Below the pieces are notes generated by a model, which was given only the letters and a program-made list of their open reading frames with translations, ran no database searches and had not been told where the DNA came from. From Acidimicrobiia bacterium (lineage in GTDB: Bacteria; Actinomycetota; Acidimicrobiia; IMCC26256; JAMXLJ01): a stretch of DNA of 64,000 bases. Where the stretch lies: positions 1,212 to 65,211 of the forward strand of contig DATBEZ010000038.1 in NCBI GenBank assembly GCA_036558745.1, given 5' to 3'. This document shows positions 36,042-45,482 of this stretch, piece by piece; position 1 is the stretch's first letter; the number at the start of each line of letters is the position of its first letter. The position numbers and the translations under genes were made by a program.

Positions 36042-37523
36042 ATGGCACTCGACGCGCGCACACCCGTGATCGTCGGCGTCGGTCAGCTGAACCAGCGGAC
36101 CGACGACCCCGCCGCGGCAGCCGAGCCCGTCGAGCTCATGGCGGAGGCCGCCCGCCTGGCGGCGACCGACAGCGGAGGCGGCGACGTGCTCCGCGCCATC
36201 CGGAGCGTGCGGGTCGTGAACCTGTTGTCGTGGCCGTACCGCGACCCTGGCGTGCTCGTCGCGGAACGGCTCGGACTCGAGCGTCCCCACACCGCGTACA
36301 GCGAAGGCGGCGGTCAGATCGTGGGGACGATCGTGTCACGCACGGCGACCGACATCGTCCGCGGCGACGTCGACGCGGTGCTGATCGCGGGCGCGGAGGC
36401 ATGGCGGACGCGCACCGCGGTACGTCGCGCGGGCGACGCGCTCCCCTGGACGCAGCAGCCGGAGGGCGTCGCGCCCGACGACGTGATCGGCGCGCCGCTC
36501 GACATGTGGCACCCCGCCGAGCTGGAGCGCGGCATCCGCTTCCCGATCCAGGTGTACCCGATGTTCGAGCACGCGTTCCGTGCCACCCTCGGCCGGGGCG
36601 TCGCCGAGCACCGACGCCGGGTCGCGGAGCTGTGGGCGCGGTTCAGCGAGGTGGCCGTCGCCAACCCGCACGCGTGGGATCGGGAGCGCCACACCGCGGC
36701 GGAGATCGACGATCCGGGTCCCGGCAACCGCATGGTCGGCTTCCCGTACACGAAGCTGCTGTGCTCCAACGAGCGCGTCGATCAGGCGGGCGCCGTCATC
36801 GTGTGCTCAGTCGGACGGGCCGAGGCGCTCGGCATCCCGCGCGACCGATGGGTGTTCCCGCACGCGTACGCCGAAGCACGCGCGCCGTTGGTCTCCGAGC
36901 GCGTCTCGCTCGGTGACTCGCCGATGGTGCGCGCCGCGGGTGAGACGCTGTGGGCGTTGTCGGGCGCCGGCCCCGAGGACGTCGCCCACGTCGATCTGTA
37001 CTCGTGCTTCCCGTCCGCCGTCGAGGTGCAGGCGACCGAGCTCGGCTTCGGGTTCGACCGCGACCTCACCGTCACCGGCGGGATGCGCTTCGCGGGCGGA
37101 CCGTGGAACGACTACCCGATGCACGCGCTCGCGTCCATGGTCGACCGGCTGCGCGCCGACCCCGGCACACGCGGCGTCGTGAGCGCGAACGGCGGCTACA
37201 TCTCGAAGCTCGCGATCGGTCTGTTCTCGACGGAGCCGCCCGCCTCGGACTTCCGCGCCGGATCACCGAAAGACGCGCTCGACGCGATGCCGCGCCGCGC
37301 GGTCGACGAGGCGCCCGACGGGCGGGCCACCGTCGAGACCTACACGGTGATGCACGGCCGCGACGGTGAGCCGACGGAGGGCTTCGTCGGGTGCATCACG
37401 GCCGACGACCGGCGCGCGTGGGGTCACGTCACCGATGCGGACACGCTCGCGGCCATGACGGTCGACGAGATGGTCGGGCGCAAGGCCACGCTGCGCCCCG
37501 ACGGGACCGCCACGCTCGACTGA
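36042..37523 (+). CDS. Thiolase-fold protein lacking the nucleophile Cys, with a C-terminal OB-fold-like extension
   Basis: ATG 36042 in track ORF 35979..37523. Thiolase-like N/C halves are present (VIVGVGQ, DLYSCFPSAVEVQA, TGGMRFAGGPWNDYPMH). The position of the NxCxSG Cys reads SEGGGQIVG. The last ~90 aa (ATVETYTVMHGRDGEPTEGFVGCI...) look like a DUF35-type OB fold. Confidence 0.75.
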   Translation: MALDARTPVIVGVGQLNQRTDDPAAAAEPVELMAEAARLAATDSGGGDVLRAIRSVRVVNLLSWPYRDPGVLVAERLGLERPHTAYSEGGGQIVGTIVSRTATDIVRGDVDAVLIAGAEAWRTRTAVRRAGDALPWTQQPEGVAPDDVIGAPLDMWHPAELERGIRFPIQVYPMFEHAFRATLGRGVAEHRRRVAELWARFSEVAVANPHAWDRERHTAAEIDDPGPGNRMVGFPYTKLLCSNERVDQAGAVIVCSVGRAEALGIPRDRWVFPHAYAEARAPLVSERVSLGDSPMVRAAGETLWALSGAGPEDVAHVDLYSCFPSAVEVQATELGFGFDRDLTVTGGMRFAGGPWNDYPMHALASMVDRLRADPGTRGVVSANGGYISKLAIGLFSTEPPASDFRAGSPKDALDAMPRRAVDEAPDGRATVETYTVMHGRDGEPTEGFVGCITADDRRAWGHVTDADTLAAMTVDEMVGRKATLRPDGTATLD

Positions 37524-37549
37524 GCAACGACCGAGGAGACGGAGGACGG

Positions 37550-38320
37550 GTGGACCGCGAGAAGCTGGAGTCGTTGTTCGACCTGACGGGGCGCGTCGCG
37601 ATCGTCACCGGCGGCACGCGGGGCATCGGCCGCGCGATCGCCGAGGGTTTCGTCGCCGCAGGCGCCAAGGTCGTCGTCGCGAGCCGCAAGGCGGACGCGT
37701 GCTCGGAGACCGAGGCCCACCTCGTCGCGATGGGCGGCGAGGCGCTCGGCGTGCCGACCCATCTGGGTGAGCTCGAGGCGTTGCCGCCGCTCGTGGCGCG
37801 CACGGTCGAGCGCTTCGGGCGGCTCGACATCGTCGTCAACAACGCGGCCACCGCGCTGCGCGAGGACCTCGGGCACTTCACACCCGACGCGTACGCGAAG
37901 TCGATGGACGTGAACCTCCGCGGTCCGGTGTTCCTCATCCAGGAGGCGCTCCCTCACCTCAAGGAGAGTCCCGCGCCCTCGATCGTGAACGTGATCTCGG
38001 CCGGCGCGTTCCTGTTCTCCGCGTTCACCGCGACGTACGGCGCGGCGAAGGCCGCTCTGTTCTCGTTCACGAAGTCGATGGCCGCGGAGTACGCGCCGTT
38101 GCGCATCCGGGTCAACGCGCTCGCGCCGGGAACGGTGATGACCGACATGGTGCGGGCCAACCCGCCCGAGGCCCAGGAGCGGATGGCCAAGGCCGCGGTG
38201 CTGCGCCGCGGCGCCGACCCCGACGAGATGGTCGGCCCCGCGCTGTTCCTCGCGTCCGACGCGTCGAGCTTCGTCACCGGGCAGGTGCTGCTCGCCGACG
38301 GAGGGCTCGTGCCCCACTAG
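37550..38320 (+). CDS. Short-chain dehydrogenase/reductase (SDR)
   Basis: GTG 37550 behind GGAGGAGACGGAGGA. Has TGGTRGIGRA, NNAA and SAGAF...YGAAKAAL. Confidence 0.88.
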   Translation: MDREKLESLFDLTGRVAIVTGGTRGIGRAIAEGFVAAGAKVVVASRKADACSETEAHLVAMGGEALGVPTHLGELEALPPLVARTVERFGRLDIVVNNAATALREDLGHFTPDAYAKSMDVNLRGPVFLIQEALPHLKESPAPSIVNVISAGAFLFSAFTATYGAAKAALFSFTKSMAAEYAPLRIRVNALAPGTVMTDMVRANPPEAQERMAKAAVLRRGADPDEMVGPALFLASDASSFVTGQVLLADGGLVPH

Positions 38321-38973
38321 CGCTCGTTCGTGCGCGCCAGTCGGACGTGGGCGACGGACGCCGAGGCGACGAGCTCGACGCATTCGTAGCCCTGCGCCGC
38401 GACGTCGGTCCCGTCGAAGAGCCGTTCACCCCGCCCGAGCAGGGTCGGCACGACCGCGAGGTGCAGCTCGTCGAGGAGCCCGGCGCGCAAGAACTCGCGG
38501 ATGGTCGCGCCGCCGCCGCCGACGCGCACGTCGGCGCCGGCCGCGGCGTCGAGCGCGCGCTCCCGCGCGACCTCGATCCGGTCGGTGACGAAGTGGAACA
38601 CCGTGCCGCCCTCCATCTCGATCGACGGACGCGGGTGGTGGGTCAGGACGAACACCGGGTAGTGGAACGGCGGTTCGTCGCCCCACCAGCCCGTCCACGA
38701 GTCGTCGGTCCACGGGCCCCGGACCGGCCCGAACATGTTGCGGCCCATGATCTCGGCTCCGAAGCCCTCGAGGCCGCGCGCCACGAAGTCGTCGTCGATG
38801 CCGGTCTCACCGCCCTCGGTGCCGAGGATCGTGTGCCGGCCGGTCCGCGTTCGGAAGATCCACTCGTGGAGCCGCTGCCCGCCCACGCCGAGCGGGTGCT
38901 CGAGGCTCTGGTCCGGCCCCGCGACGTATCCGTCGAGCGACATCGAGAAGTTGTGCACACGCAGCTTCGCCAT
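38317..38973 (-). CDS. Dihydrofolate-reductase-like (RibD C-terminal domain) reductase
   Basis: ATG 38973 in track ORF 38317..39108(-). Reads MAKLRVHNFSMSLDGYVAGPD...GRNMF...IREFLRAGLLDELHLAVVPTLLGRGERLF. Confidence 0.8.
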   Translation of the reverse strand: MAKLRVHNFSMSLDGYVAGPDQSLEHPLGVGGQRLHEWIFRTRTGRHTILGTEGGETGIDDDFVARGLEGFGAEIMGRNMFGPVRGPWTDDSWTGWWGDEPPFHYPVFVLTHHPRPSIEMEGGTVFHFVTDRIEVARERALDAAAGADVRVGGGGATIREFLRAGLLDELHLAVVPTLLGRGERLFDGTDVAAQGYECVELVASASVAHVRLARTNER

Positions 38974-39067
38974 GACTCGCGCTCCTGTGGTGGGTCCGGC
39001 GCATCCGTCGAACGCGCTCGGTCTCGACGTCGGAGCCGAGCCGCCGCGATCGACATCCCCCGCGCAG

Positions 39068-39108
39068 TTGGGACGATTTCCTGCGGCATGTGTCGGAAAT
39101 CGTCCCAA
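39068..39108. repeat. TTGGGAC...GTCCCAA palindrome family, copy 3 (perfect 14-bp arms, 13-nt loop)
   Basis: TTGGGACGATTTCC-TGCGGCATGTGTC-GGAAATCGTCCCAA, 41 bp. It is intergenic between 39128..39502(-) and 38317..38973(-). Confidence 0.8.
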
Positions 39109-39127
39109 CTCGGCACGGGGGGACCGG

Positions 39128-39502
39128 TCAGTGGGCGGGGAGGTGGCCGGCGAGCACGGCCGCCTCGGCCCGGAGGCGCTCGGCCCGGTCCGGACGGCCG
39201 ACGCGCTCGTACTGCTCCGCGACCGCGGCTCGCTCGTCGACCTCGCGCTGCACGACCTGGCGCAGCTCCGTCTCGCTCAGCTGCCGACGGGGGACGTCAC
39301 CCGCGCCGAGGCCGAGGACCGCACCCGCGATCGTCGATTCGCCGACCGGGATCGCCGGCACCGCGTCGACCGCCTCCGCGTTGTCGATCGCGCCCAGCAC
39401 GGAGCGCAGCGCGGCGACCGACACGACGTCGCGCTCGACCATCGCGTCGCGCAGGGCGGCGCGGAACCGGTCGCCGAGCCTCGTCGAAGGGTCACGGTGC
39501 AC
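39128..39502 (-). CDS. YqeY-like small protein (second copy in window)
   Basis: C-terminal part of track ORF 39128..39886(-). Reads LGDRFRAALRDAMVERDVVSVAALRSVLGAIDNAEAV...LSETELRQVVQREVDER. The start is uncertain (GTG 39502 or GTG 39532) and no clear SD was seen. Confidence 0.6.
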   Translation of the reverse strand: MHRDPSTRLGDRFRAALRDAMVERDVVSVAALRSVLGAIDNAEAVDAVPAIPVGESTIAGAVLGLGAGDVPRRQLSETELRQVVQREVDERAAVAEQYERVGRPDRAERLRAEAAVLAGHLPAH

Positions 39503-39564
39503 GCAGTGACCGTACCGTGACGACCGGCACACCTTCGGCGCAATTTCCGAGAGCGACACACCGC

Positions 39565-41130
39565 TCACGCGATGCGCGCCTCGGCCAGCCCGCGCGCACC
39601 ACCGCCCGTCGCGGCCTCGACCGCGGTCCGAAGCACACCGTGCGCGTCGGCTTCGGAGATCCAGCACCCGACCGGCGCGCCGTCGGCCCGCACGAGGACC
39701 GCGCCGCGCCCGCGCACGCCGATCGCGCGCGCGGCGAACGGTTCGAGACGAGTGGCCCGGATCGGCACGGGTCCGCCCACCGAAGCCGCTGCATCGCGCC
39801 AGGCGGTAGAGGCCGTGGCCGTGAACAGCGTGAGCCCCGGTCCGACCAGGTCGAGTGTCGACACCCGTCGCGCCGCGTCCGACCACGCGTGCGCGATCCG
39901 GCCGCCCAGGTCGGCATGCAGCTCCTCGATCGGCTCACGGATGCTGCCCGACGGGTCCGCCGAGCGGGCCAGGTTGTGCTCGACGATCGGCCGCCGGTCG
40001 GTCTCGTAGGAATCGAGCAGCCCGGGGTGCGCCCACCCGCTCAGCACCCAGGCCAGCTTCCATCCGAGGTCGAACCCGTCGGCGATCGCGGTGTTCATCC
40101 CCGTCCCGCCGCGCGGCGTGATCCGGTGCGCGGCGTCGCCGACCAGGAACGTGCGCCCGGCGCGGAAGGTGTCGGCGATCATCGCCGCGAACGAGAACGA
40201 CGAGATGCGGTCGATGCGCGGCTCGAGGTTCGGGACGCCGCACGCGAGACGGATCAGGTGCGCGAAGCGCTCGGGCGCGGAGTCGGCGCCACCTTCGCTC
40301 CCGGGGTCCACGCGCAGGCCGTAGACCCACCGGTCGCCGTGACCGGCAGGGAGCAGGTTGCCGGTCGCCTCGGGATGCGTGATCCAGTAGATCCCGTAGC
40401 GGTGCGGCCCCGCGACGTCCCACAGCGGCGCGCGGAAGACGGCCGTGACCGCCTCGAGGAGATGGTCCGAGCCGCGCATCGGAATGTCGCACGCGGCGCG
40501 CACGGTGCTGTGCGCGCCGTCGGCGGCGACGACGTAGCGGGCACGCACGCGGCGCACCGTCCCGCGCTGCGTGTCGCGCAACGTCGCGACCGCGCCACCC
40601 GGTCCGTCGCGGAATGCGACGACCTCGGCGCCGGAGACGACGCCCGCCGACGGAAGACCGCGCAGGTGATCCTCGAGCACGGACTCGAGATGGTCCTGGG
40701 GCACGCACGCCGGCGTGGTCGGGCTCAGCACCGCACACTGCCCGGGATCGGGGACGCCGACCGGAGCCCCCGCACCCGACCCCGCCTCGGCCAGGGTCTC
40801 GCACGTCCACAGGCGCCAGCCCACATCGTCGGCGCCGGCGCGGACGGCGTCCTCGAGGCCCCACCGGCGCACGAGCTCCATCGTGCGCAGGCTCGCCAAC
40901 GTGGCACGGGGCAGGGCCGACGGCGCGCGCCGGCGCTCCACCACGAGACACCCGACGCCGTGGCGGGCGAGCGTGATGGCCGCGACCAGCCCGGCCGGAC
41001 CCCCGCCGACGACCAGCACCGGCACCTCGGTCTCGGCGTCGCGCCCGCCGCCCGCGTCGTGTGGTGAGGTCCCCGCCGGTGCCGTCCCCGTCGGTGCCGT
41101 CCCCGTCGTTCCCGTCCTGCTCGTGTCCAT
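39565..41130 (-). CDS. FAD-dependent aromatic-ring/phenol-type monooxygenase (FAD_binding_3 family)
   Basis: Track ORF 39565..41154(-); ATG 41130 preferred. Has VLVVGGGPAGL, ADGAHSTVR and the GDAAHRITPRGGTGMNTAIADGFDLGWKL signature. Confidence 0.88.
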   Translation of the reverse strand: MDTSRTGTTGTAPTGTAPAGTSPHDAGGGRDAETEVPVLVVGGGPAGLVAAITLARHGVGCLVVERRRAPSALPRATLASLRTMELVRRWGLEDAVRAGADDVGWRLWTCETLAEAGSGAGAPVGVPDPGQCAVLSPTTPACVPQDHLESVLEDHLRGLPSAGVVSGAEVVAFRDGPGGAVATLRDTQRGTVRRVRARYVVAADGAHSTVRAACDIPMRGSDHLLEAVTAVFRAPLWDVAGPHRYGIYWITHPEATGNLLPAGHGDRWVYGLRVDPGSEGGADSAPERFAHLIRLACGVPNLEPRIDRISSFSFAAMIADTFRAGRTFLVGDAAHRITPRGGTGMNTAIADGFDLGWKLAWVLSGWAHPGLLDSYETDRRPIVEHNLARSADPSGSIREPIEELHADLGGRIAHAWSDAARRVSTLDLVGPGLTLFTATASTAWRDAAASVGGPVPIRATRLEPFAARAIGVRGRGAVLVRADGAPVGCWISEADAHGVLRTAVEAATGGGARGLAEARIA

Positions 41131-41223
41131 GCTCCGCCGCCTTTCACACGACAATCTGTCTTCCGACCGACAGGATGTCTTTCGGAAGTCGACGTGTCAA
41201 GCGAAATGTGGCAGGCTGGGACG

Positions 41224-41838
41224 ATGGCCACCCGCAAGTACGAGCAGCGCCTGCGGGCGGAGCGCGCGGACGCGACCCGGCGCCGGATCCTGGACGCCGT
41301 CGGCCAGCGGCTGCGGGAGGCACCGACGGAACCCGTCTCGCTCGACCAGGTGGCGCGCCTCGCGAAGGTCGCGCGTTCGACGATCTATCTCGTCTTCGGC
41401 TCCCGCGCCGGGCTCTTCGACGCGTTCAGCGAGGATTTGTGGGAGCGAACCGGGCTCGCCGACCTGACGAGCGCCGTCGCGCACCCGGACGCGCGGGAGC
41501 ACCTGCGCGGCGGTCTGCGCGCGAGCGCGCAGATGTACGCGGCCGAGCGCGACGTGTACCGGGTGCTGTTCTCCATGGCTGCGCTCGACCCGGACTCGGT
41601 GGGCGGCGCGATCGCCAAGAAGGAGGAGAACCGGCGCGGCGGGATGCTCCACCTGGCCCGCCGTCTCGACGAGCAGGGCCTCCTCCGCGACGACGTGACG
41701 GCGGAGGACGCGGCGCACGTGCTGTGGGTGCTCGCGAGCTTCGACGCGTTCGACCTGCTCTTCACGGGCCGGAAGCTGTCCCTCGACGACGTGGTCGCGC
41801 TGCTGGTGACGTCGGCCGAGCGCACGCTGCTCCGTTGA
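41224..41838 (+). CDS. TetR-family transcriptional regulator
   Basis: ATG 41224 in track ORF 41194..41838. HTH: VSLDQVARLAKVARSTIYLVFGSRAGL. Divergent from the FAD monooxygenase. Confidence 0.85.
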   Translation: MATRKYEQRLRAERADATRRRILDAVGQRLREAPTEPVSLDQVARLAKVARSTIYLVFGSRAGLFDAFSEDLWERTGLADLTSAVAHPDAREHLRGGLRASAQMYAAERDVYRVLFSMAALDPDSVGGAIAKKEENRRGGMLHLARRLDEQGLLRDDVTAEDAAHVLWVLASFDAFDLLFTGRKLSLDDVVALLVTSAERTLLR

Positions 41839-41845
41839 TCGCGCG

Positions 41846-42601
41846 TCACGCGTCCGGCGGCTCGGGCGCCTCGCGCAACGACATGCGTAGGAAGAGGAAC
41901 CCGTCCTCCTCGAGGATGTGACCGACGACGGGCGCGAACGGGGGGTCGAACGGCGGGCCGGCCATGATGCGCGCGCCCTCACCGCCGACGACCCGCGGTG
42001 AGACCGTGAGACAGAGCTCGTCGATGAGCCGGGCCCGGGCCAGGTCCCCGTTCACGCCGGGACCGCCCTCGACGAGCACCGTGCGCGCGCCTTCGTCGGC
42101 GAACACCGCGAGCGCGGCCGCGAGATCGACCCGCTCCTCTCCCACCGCGACGAACTCCGCCACGGCGCGCGCCGCGTCGGGCGCGCTCGCAACCGCCGCG
42201 CTCGTGGTCACGACGGCCGGACGCGCGTGCGCCTCCGTGAAGAACGGTGACGACCAGTCCAGCCGCAGGGAACCGCTCACGACCGCGATGCGCGGCTGCG
42301 GCTCCTGACCTCGCGCGGCGCGGACGGCTTCGTCCGCGGGGCTTACCCGGGCCGGCCCGTACCCTTCGGCACGGGCGGTGCCCGCGCCCACCAGGATCAC
42401 GTCCGCGTGGCTGCGGATCGCGACGAACACCCGCCGGTCGGCGGATCCGCCGAGCGGGCCCGAGCGCCCGTCGACGCTGATCGCGCCGTCGAGGCTCGAG
42501 ATCATGTTCAACCGCACGAACGGCCCGGGAAGAACGGCCTCGGGTGCGTATGCCTCGTTCAGGTCGACGTCGTCGACGGGATCGGGGAACAGCCGGCGCA
42601 T
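41846..42601 (-). CDS. RibD_C-type pyrimidine/dihydrofolate reductase family protein
   Basis: Track ORF. Reads [45 protein letters not shown] and [27 protein letters not shown]. Confidence 0.8.
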   Translation of the reverse strand: MRRLFPDPVDDVDLNEAYAPEAVLPGPFVRLNMISSLDGAISVDGRSGPLGGSADRRVFVAIRSHADVILVGAGTARAEGYGPARVSPADEAVRAARGQEPQPRIAVVSGSLRLDWSSPFFTEAHARPAVVTTSAAVASAPDAARAVAEFVAVGEERVDLAAALAVFADEGARTVLVEGGPGVNGDLARARLIDELCLTVSPRVVGGEGARIMAGPPFDPPFAPVVGHILEEDGFLFLRMSLREAPEPPDA

Positions 42602-42717
42602 CGGGCGACGCTAGGCCCCGCCGCGACGGGATGCAGCCCGGCACTCGCTCCGCACGCGGTGGCAGGATCAGCGCCCGAACCGTCCCGAGGCACCGAGTCA
42701 CGCGAGGAGACGTTGCC

Positions 42718-43248
42718 GTGAGCACGCACAATCCCTACGACGACCTGCCGAAGCTCCCGTCGTTCCAGCTGACGAGCACCGACATCCACGACGGCGAGAT
42801 GCTCGCCTCGCCCCACTGCAGCGGGATGATGGGCGCCGGCGGCGCCGACGTGTCACCCCAGCTGGCGTGGAGCGGCTTCCCCGCCGAGACCCAGAGCTTC
42901 GCGGTCACGGTCTACGACCCCGACGCACCGACCGCCAGCGGGTTCTGGCACTGGGCCGTCGCCGACATCCCGGCGAGCGTGACCGAGCTGGCGTCGGGCG
43001 CGGGCGACGAGAAGGGCAGCGGGCTTCCCGCGGGCGCGATCCAGCTGCGCAACGACGCGGGCATGCCCCGCTACGTGGGCGCCGCGCCGCCCGAGGGGCA
43101 CGGGCCCCACCGCTACTTCACGGTCGTGCACGCGGTCGACGTGCCGTCCCTCGGGCTCCCGCAGGAGGCGACGCCCGCGTATCTCGGCTTCAACCTGTTC
43201 ATGCACGCGATCGCGCGGGCGACGATCGTACCGGTGTACGAGCAGTAG
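42718..43248 (+). CDS. YbhB/YbcL-family PEBP (Raf kinase inhibitor-like) protein
   Basis: GTG 42718 behind GAGGAGA. Has [15 protein letters not shown] and [15 protein letters not shown] motifs. Confidence 0.85.
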   Translation: MSTHNPYDDLPKLPSFQLTSTDIHDGEMLASPHCSGMMGAGGADVSPQLAWSGFPAETQSFAVTVYDPDAPTASGFWHWAVADIPASVTELASGAGDEKGSGLPAGAIQLRNDAGMPRYVGAAPPEGHGPHRYFTVVHAVDVPSLGLPQEATPAYLGFNLFMHAIARATIVPVYEQ

Positions 43249-43287
43249 CGGACCGGCGCGCCGTCGGGCCCGCGGGAGGTCAGGGCG

Positions 43288-43536
43288 TCAGCGCTTGACC
43301 CGCAGCGTCAGCGCGCGGGGCACCACGACGCCGGTTCCGTTCTCGAAGCGGATCCGGACCTCGCTGGTGACCGGCTCGACGTCGGTGACGATGCGCGGCT
43401 CGCCGCCGTCGGCCAGCACCGCGTCACCCCGGACAAGGGTCGCGGGCGGCACCCGTGTCGCCCGCGACGCCGTCGCGCCGGACCCCGATCGCGACTGCTC
43501 CAGCAGCCGCTCCAACGTCTCACGGTGCCTCGACAT
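43288..43536 (-). CDS. Hypothetical small protein (82 aa)
   Basis: ATG 43536 behind GGGAGG within track ORF 43288..43611(-). No recognisable motif; the call rests on the SD and codon bias only. Confidence 0.4.
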   Translation of the reverse strand: MSRHRETLERLLEQSRSGSGATASRATRVPPATLVRGDAVLADGGEPRIVTDVEPVTSEVRIRFENGTGVVVPRALTLRVKR

Positions 43537-43668
43537 GCTGCCTCCCGCTCGGTCACGCACGCCGGACCCCTGATGTCGGACATCGCCAGCTTGCTCGTGG
43601 ACGCGTCGCACAGGCAGGGCCCAAGGTCCCGAGTGACACGGAACAACGCCGCGTGACAGGACGCACCG

Positions 43669-44535
43669 CTACTGGTCCAGCTTGAAGATCCGCATCGCGT
43701 TCTCGCGGAGGAACTTGGGCCACACGTGGTCGCGGAACGCGACGTTCGGCAGCTCGTCGAAGATGCGCTCGAGGCTCAACCCCATCGGGTAGTAGCCCGC
43801 GTACATGATCTTGTCGGCGCCGCGCGTGTTCGCGTAGTCGATCACGGCCTTCGGGTAGTACTTGGGCGCGAACGCGCTCGTCATGTACGACAGGCCCGGC
43901 CACTTGAGCATCAGCTTCACCGCGAGCGCTTCCCACGGCTCCGCGCCGTGGCGCATCACGATCCGAAGCTCGGGGAAGTCGTAACAGACCTGGTCGAAGT
44001 GCATGACGTCCTGGCATGCCGACGGCAGACGCGGTCCCGCGATGCCCGCGTTCGCGACGATCGGGATGTCGAGGTCGATGCACGTCTGGTAGATCGGGTA
44101 GTACCGACGGTCGCTCACCGGCACCTGGGGATTGCAGCCGGCGGGGAACGTCGTCACCGCCTTGATGCCGTGCTCGTCGTGCGCGGCGCGGATCGCGCGC
44201 ACCGCGCCCGTGATGTCGTTCGGGTCGACCTCGAGGCTGGCCTTGAACCGGTCGGGGTGGTCGCGCAGCGCCTGCTCGGTGCGTGTGCTCCCGAGCCCGA
44301 CCAGCCCGAGCTCGATCCCGTACCGGTCCATCTGCGCGAGCGTGACGTCGACGGGATCGGCGTCGTCGTCGAGACGGTTCGGCACCTGCTTGAACATGTA
44401 CTCGGCGGGGAACTCCATCTCGCGGCTCTCCGCGTCACGCAGCTGCGACTGCATGAAGTCGTAGTGCCGGCGCGCGTTCGCGCTCGGGAAGCCGATCATC
44501 AGGTCGACGATCCCGACGTCGTTCGGCATCCCCAT
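43669..44535 (-). CDS. Amidohydrolase-2 family protein
   Basis: Track ORF with unusually un-biased, clearly coding sequence. Reads GIVDLMIGFP, IVMRHGAEPW and YAGYYPMG. Confidence 0.8.
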   Translation of the reverse strand: MGMPNDVGIVDLMIGFPSANARRHYDFMQSQLRDAESREMEFPAEYMFKQVPNRLDDDADPVDVTLAQMDRYGIELGLVGLGSTRTEQALRDHPDRFKASLEVDPNDITGAVRAIRAAHDEHGIKAVTTFPAGCNPQVPVSDRRYYPIYQTCIDLDIPIVANAGIAGPRLPSACQDVMHFDQVCYDFPELRIVMRHGAEPWEALAVKLMLKWPGLSYMTSAFAPKYYPKAVIDYANTRGADKIMYAGYYPMGLSLERIFDELPNVAFRDHVWPKFLRENAMRIFKLDQ

Positions 44536-44660
44536 GGTCTCGCGTGCCCCTTCCGGCCGTCCTCGGTGACGCGGGTTCGGCGACGCTACGAGTGCACGCG
44601 CAACGTGGTCAAACAGCCCGCAGGTGCCCGTCCACGGCGCGCGCGAGCAGAATCACGCCC

Positions 44661-45428
44661 GTGCCCGGGCCCGACAGCGACGCATCCCTCGACGACCACG
44701 CGTTGGCCGCGGCGCTCGCGCGCCGGGCCGCCGAGCTCCTCGTCGAGCTGCGCGGCAGTGGGCTCACCGGCCGTGCGCTGGGAGACGAGGGTGACCAGCG
44801 CTCGCATACCCTGCTGACGCGCGGCCTCGCGGCCGCGCGGCCGCACGACGCGGTCCTCTCGGAAGAGGGCCGCGACGGCCCCGCGCGCCTCGACGCGGCG
44901 CGGGTGTGGATCATCGACCCGCTCGACGGCACGCGGGAGTACGGCGAGCCGGGACGCGACGACTGGGCCGTGCACGTCGCGCTGTGGGCCGGCGGCGAGC
45001 TGGCCGCCGGCGCGGTCGCGCTCCCCGCGTCCGGCACCGTGCTCGCGACGCCGCGCGTCGAGCCGCCCGCAGCCCGACGCGACGCGAGCACGCCGCTGCG
45101 CATCGTGGTGAGCCGCTCGCGCCCACCCGAGGTCGCGAGCGAGCTCGCGGGGCGCCTCGGGGCCGAGCTCGTCGAGCTGGGATCGGCCGGCGCGAAGACC
45201 GCGGCGGTCGTGCGGGGCGAGGTCGACGCGTACGTCCACGCCGGCGGCCAGTACGAGTGGGACTCGGCGGCACCGGTCGCCGTCGCGCGCGCGGCGGGGC
45301 TGCACGCGTCGCGTCTCGACGGCGGCCCTCTGGTCTACAACCGGCCCGACCCGTACCTGCCCGACCTGCTCGTGTGCCGGGCCGAGCTCGCGTCGACCGT
45401 CCTCGAGGTGCTCACGACATCGAGGTGA
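44661..45428 (+). CDS. cysQ: 3'(2'),5'-bisphosphate nucleotidase / inositol monophosphatase family (CysQ-like)
   Basis: GTG 44661 in track ORF 44544..45428. Has LSEEG, WIIDPLDGTREY and the WDSAAP motif. The start is uncertain. Confidence 0.72.
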   Translation: MPGPDSDASLDDHALAAALARRAAELLVELRGSGLTGRALGDEGDQRSHTLLTRGLAAARPHDAVLSEEGRDGPARLDAARVWIIDPLDGTREYGEPGRDDWAVHVALWAGGELAAGAVALPASGTVLATPRVEPPAARRDASTPLRIVVSRSRPPEVASELAGRLGAELVELGSAGAKTAAVVRGEVDAYVHAGGQYEWDSAAPVAVARAAGLHASRLDGGPLVYNRPDPYLPDLLVCRAELASTVLEVLTTSR

Positions 45429-45482
45429 TCAGCGTCGCCACGGCACCCGGAGCCGGCGCGGACGGGCGCGTACGCTCCTGCG

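Noticed and set aside
38317-38320. The convergent SDR and RibD_C genes share the palindrome CTAG, so both stop codons (TAG) overlap
   Set aside because: The observation is real but trivial. It follows from tight packing and there is no evidence of function.
41078-41107. 15-bp direct repeat GGTGCCGTCCCCGTC x 2
   Set aside because: It is in frame within the 5' end of the FAD-monooxygenase gene (encoding GTAPTGTAP). This is ordinary low-complexity N-terminal coding sequence, not a regulatory repeat.
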